Virus record (IMG/VR): IMGVR_UViG_3300033406_000031
Span: 1 to 31,658 of that record
Direction: 5' to 3' (one strand)
Length of the DNA: 31,658 bases
Source of the DNA: a virus
Lineage: Duplodnaviria; Caudoviricetes
Positions 27,179 to 31,658 of this stretch are shown here, in pieces. The position numbers were made by a program, and so were the translations under genes. The notes below the pieces were generated by a model. That model was not told the DNA's origin. It made no database searches and worked only from the letters and a program-made list of their open reading frames with translations. How positions within the stretch are numbered: position 1 is the stretch's first letter; every line of letters begins with the position of its first letter.

Positions 27179-27424
27179 TCACGCCGCATCAACTCCCTGT
27201 CGCTCTGTTTCGTATATAACCTCCAGGATCACCATCGCCCGTCCAGCCGAAAATTGGTTATGCGCCAAAAGGTGCTTTGTTCTCAGTTCCCGCAGTCGGC
27301 TTACCGGATTCAGTCGATATAGACCACGAAATTCCGTTTCAGTGTGATAACCGAGTTTATATTCCTTGCTTGCCAGCATCTTCTCATGGATGAGCTGGAA
27401 GCATTTCATTGTTACTTGTGCCAT
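27179..27424 (-). CDS. Hypothetical protein
   Basis: RBS GGAGGGG. Confidence 0.65.
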   Translation of the reverse strand: MAQVTMKCFQLIHEKMLASKEYKLGYHTETEFRGLYRLNPVSRLRELRTKHLLAHNQFSAGRAMVILEVIYETERQGVDAA

Positions 27425-27472
27425 TCATACCCCTCCATTGACCGCGCTCACACCAAAGTGGTATAATTACGG

Positions 27473-27533
27473 TGATCTATAATTTATCTATTTGAAAGTC
27501 GTCTGTGTTCCCGCACAGGCGGCTTTTGCTTTT
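27473..27533 (+). ncRNA. Candidate short antisense RNA (OOP-like)
   Basis: Promoter TTGACC-N18-TATAAT with TG extension (27438-27467) and terminator 27498-27527. Confidence 0.55.
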
Positions 27534-28018
27534 GTTAAAAGACAACTATCTACAATTCCAAGCTTGTATTGATTTTCTAAGTCGATCAAAAGCTCTAACT
27601 TCCACTGCACATCATCACAAATTTCCTTTGATGCATTTACAACGCTTTGTCTTACGTCTGGTGTTAAATCACCAGGCCCGCTTTTGTCTAAAAGTATCCT
27701 TGGTAATGGCTTAATGGCCACATCAGCTTCTTCGTGCTCCTTAAAGACATGTTGGAAAACACTTTGTATATGCCGGTCACACTCTGGCCTATCAAAAATA
27801 CTGTAGTCGGTTGCCTCCGCTGCCGCCGCTAATCCTAACAATGGATGCATTTTGGCAAGTTGCTTTCTTGCCTGAGTCGGTATCGACCGCCCTGCATTGA
27901 TTACCTTATAAAAGGCATCTACCGAATAGTTACACTGGCTGGCGATGGCTTTTGGCTTTATTCCCCGTTCTTCAAGATCACGGAATGCCTGTCCAACCAT
28001 CCTGGCTACATTTGGCAT
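27488..28018 (-). CDS. HTH regulator, CII-like position
   Basis: N-terminal HTH (IASQCNYSVDAFYKVINAGRSIP); downstream of cro; RBS AGGAGG. Confidence 0.65.
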   Translation of the reverse strand: MPNVARMVGQAFRDLEERGIKPKAIASQCNYSVDAFYKVINAGRSIPTQARKQLAKMHPLLGLAAAAEATDYSIFDRPECDRHIQSVFQHVFKEHEEADVAIKPLPRILLDKSGPGDLTPDVRQSVVNASKEICDDVQWKLELLIDLENQYKLGIVDSCLLTKAKAACAGTQTTFK

Positions 28019-28141
28019 AAAATCCCTCCTTTTGTCCATACGGTTGTATTTAATCGGACATAATAAACTGCTAAACTAAATCCAGAGGTTAGCTCCTCAC
28101 CCCTTCCAACCTGTCCTCTCCCGGATGGGTTTTCTTCTTTA

Positions 28142-28234
28142 TTAGTTGACACAACATATCAAGGCAAACGCTATTACTCCTACCATCTCATACCATGGAA
28201 TTTGGAGTATATCGGTAATAATCTCTCGCAGCAT
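28142..28234 (-). CDS. 30-aa hydrophobic peptide
   Basis: MLREIITDILQIPWYEMVGVIAFALICCVN; RBS GGGGTG. Confidence 0.5.
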   Translation of the reverse strand: MLREIITDILQIPWYEMVGVIAFALICCVN

Positions 28235-28273
28235 CTTACCACCCCTTGCTTGTCCAATTTTACTGCGCCGGAA

Positions 28274-28405
28274 TCATCCGGCCCGCCTGTTACGTTGTTT
28301 CCGCTTTTCCAAGTATGCACGTATCCTAGCAAGGCGTCTTTGGTATATATCCCAACATATTCGTATCGCCGCACGCTCTCTTGCCTCACGTTCGGTCAAT
28401 CTCAT
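28274..28405 (-). CDS. 43-aa Arg-rich peptide
   Basis: MRLTEREARERAAIRICWDIYQRRLARIRAYLEKRKQRNRRAG; RBS GGGAGG. Confidence 0.55.
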   Translation of the reverse strand: MRLTEREARERAAIRICWDIYQRRLARIRAYLEKRKQRNRRAG

Positions 28406-28452
28406 CCCCTCCCATAGAATCTATGTATAAACGGTTTGTCTTAATTACCTCC

Positions 28453-28701
28453 TTACGCCGCTGGATGCGGGTCTGTTGAATTAGGTAAATTTTTAATTGA
28501 CCTTTTAGGCAAAAAATATTTCATATTCACTCCCAATATTTCAGCAACCTCTTCGACTTCTTGATATGAAAAACTACCATTTCTTTCTTTTTGAGCAAAA
28601 GCTTGTTTAGAGATAGCCTTTTTCATTTTTCTACCTACCATCTCAGCCGACCAGCCTTTTTCTCTCCGCGCTTCTCTTATGCGTATTCCGATATGATCCA
28701 C
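28453..28701 (-). CDS. Cro-like XRE HTH protein
   Basis: IGIRIREARREKGWS..; divergent from repressor; RBS GAGGAGG. Confidence 0.88.
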   Translation of the reverse strand: MDHIGIRIREARREKGWSAEMVGRKMKKAISKQAFAQKERNGSFSYQEVEEVAEILGVNMKYFLPKRSIKNLPNSTDPHPAA

Positions 28702-28721
28702 AAAATCGCCTCCTCAGCCAA

Positions 28722-28820
28722 GTCAATTATTTATTGACTTAATTATACAGTAAATAAATAATTGTCGTCAATAGGTTTTGTAAATTTTTAATTGACGTAG
28801 AAAGTAAACAAAAAATTTAC
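28722..28820. promoter_or_regulatory. Operator array, 17-bp GTMAA-N7-TTKAC
   Basis: Sites at 28722, 28750 (one mismatch), 28780 and 28804; additional copy at 28485. Confidence 0.75.
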
Positions 28821-28846
28821 TATACTATAACTCAAGAGGTGAGATT

Positions 28847-29434
28847 GTGAAAAAAGGTAATATGATCTTTGCTGAGCGTATAAAAGCATTTCGCGAGGAA
28901 AAAGGCGTTAGTCAAGAAGAGCTTGCCTCGAAATATGGATACACTAAACAAACCGTTTCTTCTTGGGAAAACAACGGACAAATTCCCAGAGATACGGTTC
29001 TTAGAAGTTTAGCTAATTTTTTTAACACGAGCACGGATTATCTTTTAGGGTTAACCGATGATTCAACTTTAACCACGGCACCAGCAGAACCAAAAAAGCC
29101 CAAAGACTTACTGAAACTCATTGAACAAGAGGACTATACTTTAAATGGTCGTTTAGCGACTCCTGAAGATAAGAAACGGCTACAAGCTATTATTATCAAT
29201 GATGAACTATCCTCCAATGCTTCTGACCCTGGAATCTCCAAGTTGCTTCATGATAACAGCATAAAGAAAATGAAAGATGTAACCGATCAAATACCAGAAG
29301 ATATTCTCAAAGAACTTGGTGTGGACGTTGCTTACCGTGAAGTATTAACAAACGCCAAAGAAGCTAGGATAACACCTGAAGAATTGGCTGCTCTCGTCGA
29401 TGCTGTAAGTAAAATAAAGAAACAGGGCGATTAA
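28847..29434 (+). CDS. CI-like XRE repressor (no S24 peptidase domain)
   Basis: RIKAFREEKGVSQEELA..TVSSWEN..LANFFNTSTDYLLG. Confidence 0.92.
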   Translation: MKKGNMIFAERIKAFREEKGVSQEELASKYGYTKQTVSSWENNGQIPRDTVLRSLANFFNTSTDYLLGLTDDSTLTTAPAEPKKPKDLLKLIEQEDYTLNGRLATPEDKKRLQAIIINDELSSNASDPGISKLLHDNSIKKMKDVTDQIPEDILKELGVDVAYREVLTNAKEARITPEELAALVDAVSKIKKQGD

Positions 29435-29466
29435 ACCCTGTTTCTTTGTAAAACCATCTATTTTTA

Positions 29467-29607
29467 TTATGAGTATATATATAGGATTCTACCACTTTTT
29501 ATCCATAAAAGCCCATTAAACTCAAAAATTACTGTCTCTTTCGGAAGTTCTTTTACATCCAGCTTCCTTTTCTCACTCCTATCCTTTCGCAACCCATTTT
29601 TAGCCAT
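29467..29607 (-). CDS. 46-aa basic protein with sigma-H-like promoter
   Basis: MAKNGLRKDRSEKRKLDVKELPKETVIFEFNGLLWIKSGRILYIYS; RBS GGGGGT; GAAGGAAAT-N12-ACAGAAT at 29707-29680. Confidence 0.55.
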   Translation of the reverse strand: MAKNGLRKDRSEKRKLDVKELPKETVIFEFNGLLWIKSGRILYIYS

Positions 29608-29820
29608 ATTTAATACCCCCGCACATTGATTATATTTGTTGCGGTACCGCGTATTTTTATTCCTGTACAGTATTAAGAAATTCTGTGTATTTTCAGAAAT
29701 TTCCTTCCTTTTATGTAAGTTGATTCAAAATAAAGTAAAATTATGGAGTATATAGGGAGATTTTGCTATAATAATAACTAAATATTTTACAACCGGGAAT
29801 ACTTTAGGTATAATGGTGAT

Positions 29821-30070
29821 AGAATATATAAACCAAAACGCCCTGCTGCAAACAGGACGTTCGGTTGAGTAGCGGAGGCTACCTAAACCAGAGCGTGATA
29901 TGATCTGGCCTTAGTAAGATTATTGTTAGGGCAATAATCAGCCAGATAATCACACGTGGAGAAATCCACACGGGCGTCACCTCCTCTATTCAGTTTGGGA
30001 GAGCTTATCCCTCTCCCAAAAACCATTATAACAGCAGCCGGTTGGAATATCCAACTGGCTTTTATTTTTT
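29821..30070 (+). ncRNA. Putative type I antitoxin RNA
   Basis: TTTACA-N17-TATAAT (29786-29814); terminator AGCCGGTTGG-AATAT-CCAACTGGCT-U tract; spans the toxin ORF. Confidence 0.6.
29879..29971 (-). CDS. Putative type I toxin (30-aa single-TM peptide)
   Basis: MWISPRVIIWLIIALTIILLRPDHITLWFR; RBS GAGGAGGTGA; TGnTATAAT at 30033-30025; 5' hairpin; terminator ~29836-29862. Confidence 0.7.
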   Translation of the reverse strand: MWISPRVIIWLIIALTIILLRPDHITLWFR

Positions 30071-30086
30071 CTATGAGGATGATTAT

Positions 30087-31535
30087 ATGAAAGTAGCAGC
30101 TTATACTCGCGTCAGTAAAGAGGAACAAGCCGAGAAAGACTTATCCCTTCCGGCGCAAAAAGAGCGCATACAGATGTATTGCCAATCGCAAGACTGGGAG
30201 ATATACGACGTTTATTGTGATGACGGATACAGCGCCAAGAATTTAAACCGGCCAGAAATGAAACGCATGATTCAGGATGCAAAAGCCGGTCTATTTAATG
30301 CTGTCGTTGTCGTCCGGCTTGATCGTATAAGCCGCAGCCAAAAAGACGTTCTGTATTTAATCGAAGATGTATTTGAAAAAAACAATGTTGGCTTTAAATC
30401 CGTAACCCAATCCTTTGACACTACCACAGCCTTTGGTAAAGCGGCGATAGGCATGCTGGCCGTATTTGCCCAACTAGAACGTGATCAACTTATAGAGCGT
30501 ATTACTGACGCTAAACGAGAAGCAGCCAAGCAGGGGCGGCATGGAGGCGGTTTTACCCTTTATGGATATTACAACAACCCTGCTGCAAAGAAACTTGAAA
30601 TTAACGAATTAGAGGCTAAAACCGTACAGTTTATTTATAACGAGTACATCAAAGGAGATAGCTATCAGACCATATCAGAAACCTTAAACGCAAAAAAAAT
30701 TCCATCACCTAAGAATAAGGAATGGAGCCGGGTTACCGTTCGAGATATATTGTTAAATCCCAAATATACCGGGAAAATAAAACACAAAGGAAATTTGTAT
30801 GAAGGAAAGCACGATGCTATTATAACTCAAGATGAATGGGAACAGGTGCAAGCAATAGCAAAATCAAAAACCAAGTTCCTGCCAGGGGCAAACCCCGGTA
30901 TGTTATCCGGCATTATTTACTGCGGCGAGTGCGGTATGAAAATGCGCAAAAAAGCCGTATGGCAAAACTACCCTAACACCAATCCCAAAAAGGTTACAAA
31001 TTACTATGTGTGCTATAACCAGGACGGCAGTTATTTATCAAATAAAAATTGCACCTGCGGATATAAGCACGTAGAGGTCATTGACAAAAAAGCTGTTGAT
31101 AAACTATTGATGTATAGTATTAATCCAAAAACTATTAAAGAAGAGTTATCCAAAATGTTTGATAAAACATCTGATAACACTAAGGCTATATCTCAGGCCA
31201 AAAGAGAATTATCACAGGTAAAAATGAAGTTGGACAAGTGGTATCTTGCTTTTGAAAAGGGCGCACTCGATCCTGACGAATTGACCGAACGGGTAAAAGA
31301 GTTAAGGGAACAGCGGTCATACTTGGAACAGCAATTAGTCAGTTTAGAGGTTCAAACAGGCAAAATGAAGGAAAAAGACCGTCATTTAGAGCAATTTTAC
31401 ACTGTTTTGAAGAACCTGAAAAAAACCTGGAAAGGCGCGTCGCCAGAGGAGCGAACGGCGCTCTTTCATAATTTAGTAAAGAAGGTGTCCGTTACCCTTG
31501 AAGACCGTGTGTCTATTGAGTTCTTCGAGGATTAA
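30087..31535 (+). CDS. Large serine recombinase (integrase)
   Basis: YTRVS catalytic Ser, RLDRISRS, recombinase domain, CGECG zinc ribbon, coiled coil. Confidence 0.97.
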   Translation: MKVAAYTRVSKEEQAEKDLSLPAQKERIQMYCQSQDWEIYDVYCDDGYSAKNLNRPEMKRMIQDAKAGLFNAVVVVRLDRISRSQKDVLYLIEDVFEKNNVGFKSVTQSFDTTTAFGKAAIGMLAVFAQLERDQLIERITDAKREAAKQGRHGGGFTLYGYYNNPAAKKLEINELEAKTVQFIYNEYIKGDSYQTISETLNAKKIPSPKNKEWSRVTVRDILLNPKYTGKIKHKGNLYEGKHDAIITQDEWEQVQAIAKSKTKFLPGANPGMLSGIIYCGECGMKMRKKAVWQNYPNTNPKKVTNYYVCYNQDGSYLSNKNCTCGYKHVEVIDKKAVDKLLMYSINPKTIKEELSKMFDKTSDNTKAISQAKRELSQVKMKLDKWYLAFEKGALDPDELTERVKELREQRSYLEQQLVSLEVQTGKMKEKDRHLEQFYTVLKNLKKTWKGASPEERTALFHNLVKKVSVTLEDRVSIEFFED

Positions 31536-31541
31536 TCTATA

Positions 31542-31658
31542 TCATGTTGTAAGAATTGCTTTCGCATTATTTGTCGGCATACTATACCGCTGATTGAGAT
31601 ACCGGAGCGAAGCCGACAATTCACCGTCAGGACCACCATATTGGGTAATAACTAACTT
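31542..31658 (-). pseudogene. cotJC: 5' part of host cotJC (Mn-catalase family spore coat protein), truncated by the prophage
   Basis: KLVITQYGGPDGELSASLRYLNQRYSMPTNNAKAILT-T-stop; CotJC continues ..LLTDIGTEE. Confidence 0.85.

Larger units (their letters stand above)
1..31547. mobile_element. Temperate siphovirus prophage (right part; left end lies outside the window)
   Basis: Ordered tail-head-terminase-replication-immunity-integrase modules; host cotJC reading frame breaks just past the integrase stop. Confidence 0.97.

Noticed and set aside
28180-28389. 69-aa ORF (-)
   Set aside because: Poor RBS spacing; two shorter ORFs with RBSs fit the region better (not certain)
29883-30128. 81-aa ORF (-)
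   Set aside because: No RBS and overlaps the integrase; the 30-aa toxin frame has the strong RBS

Overview
The window is the right-hand ~31.5 kb of a temperate siphovirus prophage in a spore-forming Bacillota host. A Negativicutes/Sporomusa-like host is inferred from the cotJC target gene together with a proteobacterial-style DUF2460 tail gene. Left to right, mostly on the - strand: tail and head genes, portal and PBSX-type terminase, a ParB / ABC-ATPase-GNAT / formyltransferase cassette, a cluster of accessory genes (morons), replication and RecT-YqaJ genes, a cro/cI switch, a type I toxin-antitoxin-like locus and a large serine integrase. The phage interrupts the host cotJC (Mn-catalase-family spore coat) gene. 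Main observations not visible in the ORF track: (1) three tandem paralogous GYSP..IKPPxGGTGE peptide genes coupled to a DUF6338-like membrane protein; (2) a probable -1 frameshift fusing the portal to a MuF toxin; (3) a structured ~105-nt RNA next to terS; (4) four sigma-H promoters on accessory genes; (5) an OOP-like antisense RNA; (6) iterons lying outside the rep gene. All family calls come from motif recognition by eye; no database searches were run.
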